44,738 bases of DNA. Origin: Actinomycetota bacterium. Lineage in GTDB: Bacteria; Actinomycetota; UBA4738; CALAEC01. The stretch is from contig JBOGWD010000308.1 of assembly GCA_050693275.1 (NCBI GenBank), forward strand, positions 1-44,738. The letters are read 5' to 3'. The notes under the pieces are model-generated. The model saw nothing but the letters and a program-made list of their open reading frames with translations, searched no databases and was not told the DNA's origin. Position numbers and translations under genes: made by a program. Positions 1 to 8,931 of this stretch are shown here, in pieces; position 1 is the stretch's first letter; each line of letters starts with the position of its first letter.

Positions 1-469
1 GGGCCATGGTGGCCTCGGGGACCAGGAAGGCCCGGGCGATCTCCGGCGTGGTCAGGCCGCCGAGCGTTCGGAGGGTCAGGGCCACCTGGGCGTCGGGGGC
101 CAGCGCCGGGTGGCAGCAGGTGAAGATCAGCCGGAGGCGGTCGTCGGGGATGGCGCTCGGGCTCACGGTTTCCTCTCCCAGGCCCTCAAGGGCGGCCAGC
201 CGGGCCACGTCCTCCTGCTTCTCGGACAACCGCCGCTCCCGCCGGAGCCGGTCGATGGCCTTGTTCCTCGCCGTGGTGGTGATCCAGGCGCCGGGGTTGT
301 CGGGGATCCCGTCGGCCGGCCATCGCTCCAGGGCCACCACGAAGGCCTCCTGGACGGCCTCCTCGGCCAGGTCGAAGTCGCCCAGGACCCGGATGAGCGT
401 CGCCACCGCTCGTCCCGACTCATCGCGGAACGCACGGGTGGCGACGCTCCGGGCGTTGGCTCCGGCTAT
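1..469 (-). CDS. ECF-type RNA polymerase sigma factor, 5' part only; the gene runs off the left edge. Looks like the TPR-containing, YCII-linked ECF class.
   Basis: The minus-strand frame, which is absent from the ORF track, reads ...RAFRDESGRAVATLIRVLGDFDLAEEAVQEAFVVALERWPADGIPDNPGAWITTTARNKAIDRLRRERR...LIFTCCHPALAPDAQVALTLRTLGGLTTPEIARAF. These are sigma-70 regions 2 and 4. No ATG/GTG/TTG lies upstream of the conserved N-terminus. The only candidates are ATA at 469-467, preceded by AAGGGGGAGG, or an internal GTG at 406. Confidence 0.75.
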   Translation of the reverse strand, partial: MAGANARSVATRAFRDESGRAVATLIRVLGDFDLAEEAVQEAFVVALERWPADGIPDNPGAWITTTARNKAIDRLRRERRLSEKQEDVARLAALEGLGEETVSPSAIPDDRLRLIFTCCHPALAPDAQVALTLRTLGGLTTPEIARAFLVPEATMA

Positions 470-485
470 GCCTCCCCCTTTGTGA

Positions 486-848
486 CTACTGGGGCGGCTC
501 GAACTCCTGGATCGGCCGCAGCTCGATCGTTCCCCACGCTGCGCCCGGGCACTTGACCGCCCACTCCAGGGCCTCGTCGAGGTCCTTGGCCTCGATGAGG
601 TAGAACCCGCCGAGTTGCTCCTTGGTCTCTGCGAACGGGCCGTCCGTGGTCGTGGTCTTCCCGTCGCGTGTACGCACCGTGGTGGCCGTCGCGGTCGGCT
701 GGAGTGCTTCCCCCGCCAGGCGGGTCCCTTCGCTCTTCTGAAGCTCCCCCTCGTACGCCCACCAGGCGTCCGTGACCTGCTTGGTCTCCTCCGGCGAGGC
801 CTGCTCCCCCAGGGACTCGTCCCCGTAGATCAGGATGGCGTATTTCAC
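486..848 (-). CDS. YCII/DGPF-domain protein
   Basis: GTG start at 848 preceded by GGAAGGAGGA. Sequence reads KYAILIYGDE...DGPFAETKEQLGGFYLIEAKDLDEALEWA. It lies immediately upstream of the ECF sigma gene, a typical pairing. Confidence 0.8.
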   Translation of the reverse strand: MKYAILIYGDESLGEQASPEETKQVTDAWWAYEGELQKSEGTRLAGEALQPTATATTVRTRDGKTTTTDGPFAETKEQLGGFYLIEAKDLDEALEWAVKCPGAAWGTIELRPIQEFEPPQ

Positions 849-1044
849 CGGTTCCTCCTTCCGGTCCCGGCGGCGTCCATCGCCGCCCTCAACCCCTACG
901 ACGAACGGGCCCACCGCGGATCGACACTTACCGGTTTTCCGGTCCCGGTGCCACCGGGGCGGGCCTCGACTGGGTCGTTCATCTGGGGGCACCGGGGCCC
1001 GGCGTGCGCTAATCTCCCCGCCAATCGACCGGGAGGGAGGAGCG

Positions 1045-1467
1045 ATGTCGTTCGACACGCTGGGCGATGTGAACTACCTCGCCGTGCTGGTCGCGGCGGT
1101 GGCGTGGTGGATCCTGGGGGCCATCTGGTACGCCCGGCCGGTGTTCGGCAACGCCTGGATCAAGGCGTCGGGCATCACCATCCAGGAAGGACAGCGACCC
1201 GGCCCGGAGACGTACATCGTCCCTCTGATCGTGGAGTTCATCGCGGTGACGGCCACGGCGATGATCGCCCGGGCCACCGTCGCGAGCACCGTGGGCGACG
1301 GGATCGTACTGGGGCTGGTGGTGGGGATCGGCTTCGCGGTGGCGTTGACCGCCAACGAGGCCGTCTTCTCCGAGAAGCCTCAGAAGGGCGTGTGGTACGC
1401 CATCACCGCGTCCTACAACCTGGTGGGGCTGGTGGGCGCCGCGGTGATCGTGACCGTCTGGGACTGA
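1045..1467 (+). CDS. DUF1761-like small integral membrane protein
   Basis: ATG at 1045 after GGGAGGGAGG. Four hydrophobic segments, with motif WYARPVFGNAWIKASG. Confidence 0.65.
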   Translation: MSFDTLGDVNYLAVLVAAVAWWILGAIWYARPVFGNAWIKASGITIQEGQRPGPETYIVPLIVEFIAVTATAMIARATVASTVGDGIVLGLVVGIGFAVALTANEAVFSEKPQKGVWYAITASYNLVGLVGAAVIVTVWD

Positions 1468-1480
1468 GGGGCGCCGCGGA

Positions 1481-2653
1481 CTACCGCCGGCGGCGGCGAC
1501 CCATCACTCCACCGCCGCGGGACTGGAACACCACCCGAGGCGGGGCCACCTTCATCCCCTCCTGGGTGAACTCGTCCTCGAGGTTCAGCCGGGAGGCCAT
1601 CCGGCTCACGTCGCCTTCCTGGGTCGGAAGGACGAACGTCACGCCGGCCCCCTGCCGCCCCGCCCGGGCCGTGCGGCCCACGCGGTGCACGTACGAGGTG
1701 TCGTCCGCCGGAGCGTCGTAGTTGATGACGTGGGTGATGTCGTCGAGATCGAGCCCCCGAGCGGCGACGTCGGTGGCCACCAGGGTGTCGATCCGCCCGG
1801 CGTCGAATCCGGCCAGGACCTTCTCCCGGGCGGACTGACGCATGTCACCGTGCATCGCCGCGGCCCGCACGCCGTTTTTGGAGAGCCGCTGGGCCAGGCG
1901 GTCGGCGCCACGCTTGGTTCGCACGAACACCAGGTGCCGCCCTCCCTCCTCCTTCACCAGACGAACCAGGGCGTCGACCCGGCCCTGTGCGGAGACCGGG
2001 ATGAACCGGTGCGAGGCCTCGTCCACCGTGCGCCGGATGTCCTCGGTCTCGTGCAGCCGGGCGTCGCTGGTGTAGGCCCGGGCCAGATGACCGACCACCC
2101 CATCCAGTGTGGCGGAGAAGAACATGGTCTGCCGGTCCTCGGTCAGCCGCCGAACGATGGTGTCCACCTGAGGCTGGAATCCCATGTCCAGCATGCGGTC
2201 GGCCTCGTCCAGGACCAGGATGCGGATCCCGGCCAGGGAGACCATCCTCCGGTTGGCCAGGTCCTCCATCCGTCCGGGCGTGGCTACCAGGATGTGGGCG
2301 TTGGCGGCCTTCTTGGCCTGAGGACCCAGGGCCACGCCGCCGTAGACCGGAGCCACCCGGAGGCGCTTGGACTCGGCGATGGCCCGGAACTCCTCGACCA
2401 CCTGCGAGGCCAGCTCGCGGGTGGGCACCAGGATCAAGACGGACGGACGCCTCCAAGAGGGATCGATCCGCTCCACGATGGGAGCGGCGAACGCCAGGGT
2501 CTTCCCGGATCCGGTGTGGGACCGGCCCAGCACGTCGCGGCCGGCCAGGGCGTCGGGGATCACCATCTCCTGGATGGGAAATGGGGTGCGGATGTCCCGC
2601 TTGGCCAGCGCACTGACCACGGGTGCGGAGACACCCAGATCTGAGAATCTCAT
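1481..2653 (-). CDS. DEAD-box ATP-dependent RNA helicase
   Basis: Q-motif (TPFPIQ), Walker A (HTGSGKT), DEAD (VLDEADRM), SAT, and HRVGRTARAG. The second ATG (2653) has GAAGGAG 7 nt upstream; the alternative ATG is at 2668. Confidence 0.93.
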   Translation of the reverse strand: MRFSDLGVSAPVVSALAKRDIRTPFPIQEMVIPDALAGRDVLGRSHTGSGKTLAFAAPIVERIDPSWRRPSVLILVPTRELASQVVEEFRAIAESKRLRVAPVYGGVALGPQAKKAANAHILVATPGRMEDLANRRMVSLAGIRILVLDEADRMLDMGFQPQVDTIVRRLTEDRQTMFFSATLDGVVGHLARAYTSDARLHETEDIRRTVDEASHRFIPVSAQGRVDALVRLVKEEGGRHLVFVRTKRGADRLAQRLSKNGVRAAAMHGDMRQSAREKVLAGFDAGRIDTLVATDVAARGLDLDDITHVINYDAPADDTSYVHRVGRTARAGRQGAGVTFVLPTQEGDVSRMASRLNLEDEFTQEGMKVAPPRVVFQSRGGGVMGRRRRR

Positions 2654-2669
2654 GCTCGACTCCTTCATG

Positions 2670-2743
2670 GGTCGGAGGATTCAGCCGACCGGCCCAAAGG
2701 AGGAGCGGGAAGCGAAACCTCACGGAACGGCACGATGCCGTTC
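2670..2743 (-). promoter_or_regulatory. Two hairpins in the helicase 5' leader / divergent intergenic region
   Basis: GGTCGG-N9-CCGACC at 2670-2690 abuts the first ATG. GAACGGCA-cga-TGCCGTTC at 2725-2743 has an 8-bp stem. Confidence 0.3.
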
Positions 2744-2800
2744 TTGTCACTCAGTGTAGCAGGGAAGACGGCCATTTCCCGGGAATAGACTCGGCGGGCT

Positions 2801-3787
2801 GTGCCCCCCCGCCGCGGAACCGTGCTGCTGGTGCTCCCCGGTGGCCTCACCAGGCAGAGCGGCGGGAACGTCTACGACCGCGCGGTGATCGAGCGGCTCG
2901 ATGCCCTGGGGTGGACCGTTGCGCTCGCCGAGGGGGTCAAAGACATCCCAGGCGCCGACGTGATTATCCAGGACAGCCTGGCCCTTCCCCTGGGCCCTGC
3001 GGACACCGACGCGCCGGTGGTGGCCCTGGTGCATCAGCTCCCCAGCTCGGCAGCCGAGCGGCCGGAGTGGGTCCAGCCCGAACGGCGTGCGCTTCAGGCG
3101 GCAACGCGTGTGGTGACCGTCAGCCGGTGGCTCGGTGAGGCCGCAGGTGAGCTCACCGACGCCCCGGTGTCCGTGATCCCGCCCGGCCGCGACCGGGCGT
3201 GGGCGGAGGCCGGCCCGCATCCGGAGGCCGCCACCGTGCTGTGCGTGGCCAATGCGTTCCCCGGCAAGGGCCTCCCCGAAGCCGTGGAGGCCTTCGAGGC
3301 CGCCCGCCTGGAAGACGGCCGACTGGTGCTGGCCGGCGACCCGGACCGGGATCCCGGCGAGGCCGCTCGCCTCCGCGACCGCCTCCGGAACAGCTCAGCG
3401 ACCGTCGATGTTGCGGGGTTCCTCGAACCGGCGAAGCTTTCCGAGCGGTACGCCAACGCCCGACTTCTGCTGACCGCCTCGCGGTTCGAGGGATGGCCGA
3501 TCGCCGTGGCCGAGGCCATGGCCGGCGGCCTGCCGGTGGCCGGTTTCGACGTCCCCGGGCTCCGGGAACTGGTCCGGGACGGGGTCGACGGCCTGCTGGT
3601 CCCGGCGGGAGACCTCGACGCGCTGGGCGCCGCGGTCCGGCGAGTGTTTCGGGATCGCCGGCTGGGAGCCGAGATGGGGTCCGCGGCGCGGGGACGGGCC
3701 CTTCGGTGGCCGTCGTGGCAGGAGACCGCGTCGCGGTTCGCGGCCCTCATCGAGGACGTCGCCGGTCAGGAGACCGGCGCGGTGTAG
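2801..3787 (+). CDS. GT4-family (group 1) glycosyltransferase
   Basis: C-terminal GT-B motif: SRFEGWPIAVAEAMAGGLPVAGFDVPGLRELVRDGVDGLLVP. GTG start at 2801; alternative GTG at 2822. Confidence 0.85.
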   Translation: MPPRRGTVLLVLPGGLTRQSGGNVYDRAVIERLDALGWTVALAEGVKDIPGADVIIQDSLALPLGPADTDAPVVALVHQLPSSAAERPEWVQPERRALQAATRVVTVSRWLGEAAGELTDAPVSVIPPGRDRAWAEAGPHPEAATVLCVANAFPGKGLPEAVEAFEAARLEDGRLVLAGDPDRDPGEAARLRDRLRNSSATVDVAGFLEPAKLSERYANARLLLTASRFEGWPIAVAEAMAGGLPVAGFDVPGLRELVRDGVDGLLVPAGDLDALGAAVRRVFRDRRLGAEMGSAARGRALRWPSWQETASRFAALIEDVAGQETGAV

Positions 3788-4146
3788 CCGCCGAACTCCG
3801 TCTCCGACTCCCACACCCGCACCGCCAGCGCTTCGCCACCGGCCATCCGGACCGCTTGCGCCAGGGCGTCGTGGGCCCACCGGGCGAACACCTCGACCGT
3901 GACGGCCTCCGCCTCGGGGGGCCGGATGGCCTCGAGGTCGGCGTCCCGGACCCGGGACACCGCCTCCTCCAGCGCAAGGTTCAGGACGTCGAGGTCGCAC
4001 ACCATCCCCCGGTCGTCGAGCTTCGCCCGGGCCACCACGACCTCGATCCGGTAGTCGTGGGCGTGCGGTTTCCCCTCGGGGCCCTCGGCCCCCGGCATGA
4101 CGTGGATCGCCCGGACGGTGGTCCCCGTGCCCACCTGGAAGGTCAC
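3766..4146 (-). CDS. 6-pyruvoyl-tetrahydropterin synthase (PTPS/QueD)-like protein
   Basis: About 126 aa. Motifs: AIHVMPG...GKPHAHDYRIEVVV...GMVCDLDVL. The GTG start overlaps the upstream stop as GTGA. Confidence 0.75.
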   Translation of the reverse strand: MTFQVGTGTTVRAIHVMPGAEGPEGKPHAHDYRIEVVVARAKLDDRGMVCDLDVLNLALEEAVSRVRDADLEAIRPPEAEAVTVEVFARWAHDALAQAVRMAGGEALAVRVWESETEFGGYTAPVS

Positions 4147-5129
4147 CGGTACCACATGGCCGCGTGCACCAGTCCCTGCTCGCCGCGGTCGATGGCCTCG
4201 AAGGCCGAGGCGGCATCCTTGAACGGGAACTCGTGGGTGGCCAGACGAGGCAGGGGGAGCTCGTCCATCAGCCTCCGGGCCACCGCGCGACGGCGGGACA
4301 CCGTCCATCGGCCGGCCAGCCGGGCCGGGATCGTGGATACCTGGGTGCTGCGGATCGTGAGCCGGCGCCGGTGGAACTCCGCGCCCAGCGGGAGGACCGC
4401 CTCCTTGGCCCCGTACCACGAGGCCACCAGGGCGGTCCCCTCGCGCTCCAGCAGCGGCAGGCTCTCGGCCAGCGCGGCGGGATCCCCGCTGGCCTCCACC
4501 ACCACCGGCACTCCGTGGCCTCCCGTTTCCTTCTCCACGGCCTCTGGCAGCTCCTCGGGAGCGTGGGCCGACACCCCGAGAGAGATGGCCACCTCCCGGC
4601 GAAGGGGGTCCAGCTCCGAGGCCACCACCCGGGCCCCGCCCCGGAGCAACAACAGAGAGGTCAGGACCCCCACCGCTCCCAGCCCCACGACGGCCACGGT
4701 CCGGTCCTGGAGCGGCCCGGCCTCCAGGGCCACCTGGAGGGCCGTCTCGACCTGGGGGAACAGCGTTCCCAGCCTGGGGTCCATGTCCCCCAGCGGTACG
4801 GAGTCCGATCCTTCGACCACGAAGATGTCCTGGTGGGGATGGAACGCGAACACCAGGGCCCCCTCCAGGGCGATGGGATGCTCCACGGTTCCCACGCAGC
4901 TGTAGCCGTATCGGAACGGGTAGGAGAACGTTCCCGTCAGTGAGCCGATCCGCTCGTCGAGGGGCAGGTCCGGTGGCAGCTCTCCCCGATACGCCAGCAT
5001 CTCGGTGCCACCACTGATCCCGGAGTAGTCGGTGCGCACCAGCGCCTGCCCCGGACCCGGGTCGGGGACCTCCACATCGACCATCTCTATGGTTCGCGGG
5101 CCTGCGAACTCCAGGGCCCGCGCCTTCAC
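4143..5129 (-). CDS. MDR-superfamily (zinc-type alcohol dehydrogenase-like) oxidoreductase
   Basis: VKARALEF...YSGISGGTE..., with Rossmann motif VAVVGLGAVGVL. GTG at 5129 overlaps the methyltransferase stop as GTGA. Confidence 0.85.
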   Translation of the reverse strand: MKARALEFAGPRTIEMVDVEVPDPGPGQALVRTDYSGISGGTEMLAYRGELPPDLPLDERIGSLTGTFSYPFRYGYSCVGTVEHPIALEGALVFAFHPHQDIFVVEGSDSVPLGDMDPRLGTLFPQVETALQVALEAGPLQDRTVAVVGLGAVGVLTSLLLLRGGARVVASELDPLRREVAISLGVSAHAPEELPEAVEKETGGHGVPVVVEASGDPAALAESLPLLEREGTALVASWYGAKEAVLPLGAEFHRRRLTIRSTQVSTIPARLAGRWTVSRRRAVARRLMDELPLPRLATHEFPFKDAASAFEAIDRGEQGLVHAAMWYR

Positions 5130-5779
5130 CGAGCCAGGACCAGTCGGGGGGTCAGGCGGCCCTCGGCCAGATCGGAGGACAGCAGAGGGTCGCGGGTCTT
5201 CAGGGCCCCGGGGATCCCGTGGCCCGGCCATGTGTGAACCTCGACGGAGACGAGGCCGGCGGCGTGCAGTGCGTGCACCAGCTCCTCGGTGGGAAGCGCC
5301 CGCCAGGGCCGGGGGGCCGAAGCGGCGAATCGCGCGGAGGCCTGGTGGTCGGCGAACGCCTCCGTCACCGCCAGAGCTCCACCGGGACGCATGGCCCGGC
5401 GGACCTCTCGGGCGAACGCTCCAAGGTCGGGAAGGTGAGCAACCATGCCGAGGCACCATATCTGGTCTGCCACGCGGTCAGCGAATGGAAGGGCCGTGGC
5501 CGTCCCCGCCACTCCCCGGACGGTTCCCGGTCCGGGTGGCGCCTCGATGCGGGCCACGAGCTCGGGCAGCAGGTCCACGGCGATGACCCGGCACCCCACC
5601 AGCTCCGCCAGCCGCCGGGCCGGGCCACCGACACCCGCGCCCACGTCCACCACGAGGTGGTCCGGGCGGGTTCCCACGATCGCGGCGATCCGGTCCACCA
5701 TCTCCGGCGGGCCGGACCAGTGGACCGGTGCTTCGAGGTCGGCGGCCTGGGTAAGGTACGCCTCGCGCAGATCGGCCAC
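5126..5779 (-). CDS. Class I SAM-dependent methyltransferase
   Basis: Motif I is VVDVGAGVGGPA; post-I motif is RVIAVD. The start is taken as GTG 5779 (AGGA 7 nt upstream). The alternative GTGs at 5845/5842 would leave no intergenic space before the divergent GCH II gene. Confidence 0.8.
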   Translation of the reverse strand: MADLREAYLTQAADLEAPVHWSGPPEMVDRIAAIVGTRPDHLVVDVGAGVGGPARRLAELVGCRVIAVDLLPELVARIEAPPGPGTVRGVAGTATALPFADRVADQIWCLGMVAHLPDLGAFAREVRRAMRPGGALAVTEAFADHQASARFAASAPRPWRALPTEELVHALHAAGLVSVEVHTWPGHGIPGALKTRDPLLSSDLAEGRLTPRLVLAR

Positions 5780-5846
5780 GCCGTATCCTGTACCCGGCGG
5801 AGCGGGACCGCGCAACCGTTCGATGGGGGGGAGAGGAGACACCACG

Positions 5847-6617
5847 GTGAGCGGACCCCGCGAAGTCGCCAAGGTCGTCCTCCCCACCTCGTTCGGCGAG
5901 TTCGACGCCCGGGCATACGAGTGCCCCTCCGGAGCGGTCCACCTGGCCATGGTCCGGGGCCCGGTGTCCGGAGTACGGTCGGTCCTCACCCGCCTCCACT
6001 CCGAGTGCCTGACCGGTGACGCCCTGGGCTCGCTGCGATGCGACTGCGGACTCCAGCTCACCGAGGGGCTCCGAGCCATCGCCGCGGAAGGCCGCGGGGT
6101 CCTGCTGTACGCCCCCGGGCACGAGGGCCGGGGGATCGGCCTGGTCAACAAGCTGCGGGCCTACGTGGAGCAGGACCGAGGAGCGGACACCGTCGACGCC
6201 AACACCCGGCTGGGCCTTCCGGTGGATGGCCGGCTCTATGACGAGGCCGCCGCCGTGCTACGGGCATTGGGAATCCGGTCGGTGCGCCTGCTCACCAACA
6301 ATCCCGAGAAGGTCCGGGGACTCCGCGACAACGGCGTGCCCGTCGACCGGGTCGAGCCGATCCGGACCGCCGCCCACGTCCGGAACCGGCGGTACCTGGA
6401 CGCCAAGACGCGCCGTCTGGGCCACCGCCCGCCGACAGGGCCACCGCTGGAGGATGCGTCCGGCGACCCGGTCGACGTCTCCGGGCTGATCGGCCGGGGA
6501 TCGTCGCCCTCCTGGCGGCCCCGGGTGGTCCTGAACTCGATGCGACCGGCCATCCAGGTGAGCTCCCCCAGCCGCGCGGAGACCCGAGCGGCCGCGTGCG
6601 TCTCCCCCTGCTGCTGA
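5847..6617 (+). CDS. ribA: GTP cyclohydrolase II, stand-alone (no DHBP-synthase domain)
   Basis: Clear colinear similarity to E. coli RibA as recalled: RLHSECLTGDALGSLRCDCG (zinc Cys triad), EGRGVLLY, EGRGIGLVNKLRAY, LLTNNPEKV, YLDAKTRRLGH. GTG at 5847 follows GGAGAGGAGA. The conserved domain ends near 6428 and the ORF then reads on to 6617. Confidence 0.9.
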   Translation: MSGPREVAKVVLPTSFGEFDARAYECPSGAVHLAMVRGPVSGVRSVLTRLHSECLTGDALGSLRCDCGLQLTEGLRAIAAEGRGVLLYAPGHEGRGIGLVNKLRAYVEQDRGADTVDANTRLGLPVDGRLYDEAAAVLRALGIRSVRLLTNNPEKVRGLRDNGVPVDRVEPIRTAAHVRNRRYLDAKTRRLGHRPPTGPPLEDASGDPVDVSGLIGRGSSPSWRPRVVLNSMRPAIQVSSPSRAETRAAACVSPCC

Positions 6618-8892
6618 AACAGCTTCTCTGCCCGTCCAAGCAGCTCGGTGGCGTCGTCGGACCTCGCTCCGGTCCACGCCATCACTCCGGCCTGCTCGAG
6701 GAGGGTCGCCCGGGTCACGGGGTCGTCTGCCAGTTCGGCGGCGTGGACGAAGTAGCGTTGGGCCTCGTCATTGGCCGCCAGCGAGGCGGCCCGCTCTCCG
6801 GCCCGGGTCATGGTGTCCCGGGCGCGCTTCTTGATCTCCTCGGCATCCGGAGCGTCCGGGGGCCGCTTGATAGGCCTCCACGAGGTGCGAGGCCACCACC
6901 TCCACGATCTCGCCCTCGTCGTCCCCCCAGCTGGTCACCAGGTAATCCGCCACCGCCAGGTGCTTGGCCTTCCGCTCCTTCTTGGAGATGGTGTCGTAGG
7001 CCACCTTCTTCACCAGGTCCTGGACGAACCCGTACTGACCACGTTCGGGCGACTGCGGATCGGCCTGGACCGAGAGGAACTCCTTGCGAACCAACGAGGT
7101 CAGGTGGGAGTCGAGCTGGTTTTCGTCGAACCCGTCGAGCGCCGCCACCCCCGGCTTGGTGAAGGTCTTCCCCAGCACCGCGGCATCCTGGAGCAACCGG
7201 CGCTCCTCTGGCGTCAGCCCGTCCAGGCGGGCGGCGATGAGCGCGTGGAGGGTCTCGGGCACCTCCAGGTCCTCGATGTCACCCGTGGGGCGATATTCCC
7301 CGTCCACCTCCTCCAGCAGGCCGCGGTCCAGCAGCATCCGCACCGTCTCCACGGCGTACAGCGGGACACCCTGGGCCCGGTCGAGGATCGACAAGGTGAT
7401 CTCCGGGGACAGGCCGGGAACCAGGCCTCGCATCAGCTCATTCATGGCCTCTTCGGAGAGCGGCTCCAGGAACAGCGAGGTGAAGCTGCGCTTCGCGGCT
7501 CCCCAGGTGGGCCGGCGGTCGGTGATCTCGGGCCGGGACAGCGTGAGGATGAACAGCGGGTGGTCCTTGGACCACTCCAACAGGTACTCGATGAAGTCGA
7601 CGAGCGCGTTGTCGGCCCACTGGAGGTCCTCGAACACCAGGGCCACGGGGTCCTGATCGGCCAGGCGCTCGAAGAACAGCCGCCACGCCGAGAACAGGTC
7701 GGACTTGTCCGGTGCGCTCCGCTCGGCCAGGCCAAGGAGATGAGTCAGCCGGGGCTCCACCAACCCACTTCCGCTCCTCGGGATCGACGATGTACTGCTC
7801 GACCATGGCCCGAACCTTGGGCAGGGTCGTCGCCGGCCCCTCCCCTTCCACGATGCCCCGGCCGCGGACCATGTCCGCCAGGGCCCAGTAGGCCACGCCC
7901 TCCCCGTAGGCCAGGCACCGTCCCCGGTGCCACCACACCGTTCCGGCCAGGCCGTCGATGTACCGCTCGTACTCCCACGACAGCCGGGTCTTTCCCACAC
8001 CGGCCACCCCCACCACCGAGACCAGGTGGGCCTTCCCTTCGTCGGCGCGGGCGTGGAACAGCCCCTTGACCAGTCGCATCTCCCGGTCCCGGCCCACGAA
8101 CGGAGCCTCCAGGCCCCTGGCACGCAGAAGTCCCTTCAGCGTCCCCACCACCCGGGTGGTCCGCCACAGTTGAACCGGCTCCTCCTTGCCCTTCAGCTCG
8201 TGGGTCCCGGCGTCGTCGTACGCGATGGCCGCCTCGGTGGCCCGTCGGGTGATGTCGCCGACCAGGACATCACCGGGCTCGGCCACGGACTGGATGCGGG
8301 AGGCGGTGTTCACCAGGTCGCCGGCCACCACGCCCTGGCCCTCCGCGCCCAACGTGACCGCCGCTTCACCGGTGAGGACCCCGACCCGGGCCCGGAGCTC
8401 GGGCGCTCCGACCTCATCGCCCATGGCCGCCACGCCAGAGGCCAGCTCCAGGCCGGCCCGGACCGCCCGCTCCGCGTCGTTTTCCTGGGCCACGGGGGTG
8501 CCCCACACCGACATCACCGCGTCGCCGATGAACTTCTCCACGGTGCCGCCGTAGCGGCCCACGATCTGGCGGCACAGGTCAAAATACCGGGACAGGAGGT
8601 CGCGGACCTCCTCCGCGTCACGGTTCTCCGATAGCGCGGTGAACCCCACCAGGTCCGCGAACAACACCGAGACCAGACGGCGCTCCGCGGTCGGCTGGGC
8701 GGTAGCGGGGGTTGACTGTGCTACCTGACTGGTCTCGGTCCCCTGAAGCGCCGCGCCACAGGCTCCGCAGAACCGGTCTACGGGTTCATTGGCCGCCCCA
8801 CACGTGGGACAGGAGATGGAAAGCGAAAATCCGCACTGGGAGCAGAATCGGCGCCCAGCGCGGTTTTCCGCACCACAACTCGGACAAACCAT
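6533..8892 (-). pseudogene. Adenylate/guanylate-cyclase + AAA-ATPase + TPR signal-transduction regulator with an N-terminal double zinc ribbon. It is split over three frames and truncated at the C-terminus.
   Basis: Frame A (8892 to about 7766): CPSCG...CSQCG...CPTCG...CGACG, cyclase motifs (VLFADLVGFT, KFIGDAVM) and P-loop GVAGVGKT. Frame B (about 7764-6860): LVFEDLQWAD... Frame C (about 6858-6533): TPR-like sequence. The shifts sit at a G3 run (7764-7766) and a C5 run (6858-6862) on the coding strand. Removing one base from each restores KWLVEPRLTHLLGL and QAAPDAPDAEEIKK. Confidence 0.8.
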
Positions 8893-8931
8893 GCGTTCTC
8901 GTCGGGGGCGCTCTTCTGGCCAGCGTACAGG

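Noticed and set aside
5847-6428. Possibility that this GCH II is the FAPy-forming variant described for one Streptomyces coelicolor paralog.
   Set aside because: As I recall, that variant replaces the catalytic Tyr of the ...IRAY motif with Met. Here the Tyr is retained (NKLRAY, TAC at 6162-6164), so ordinary GCH II chemistry is the default expectation.
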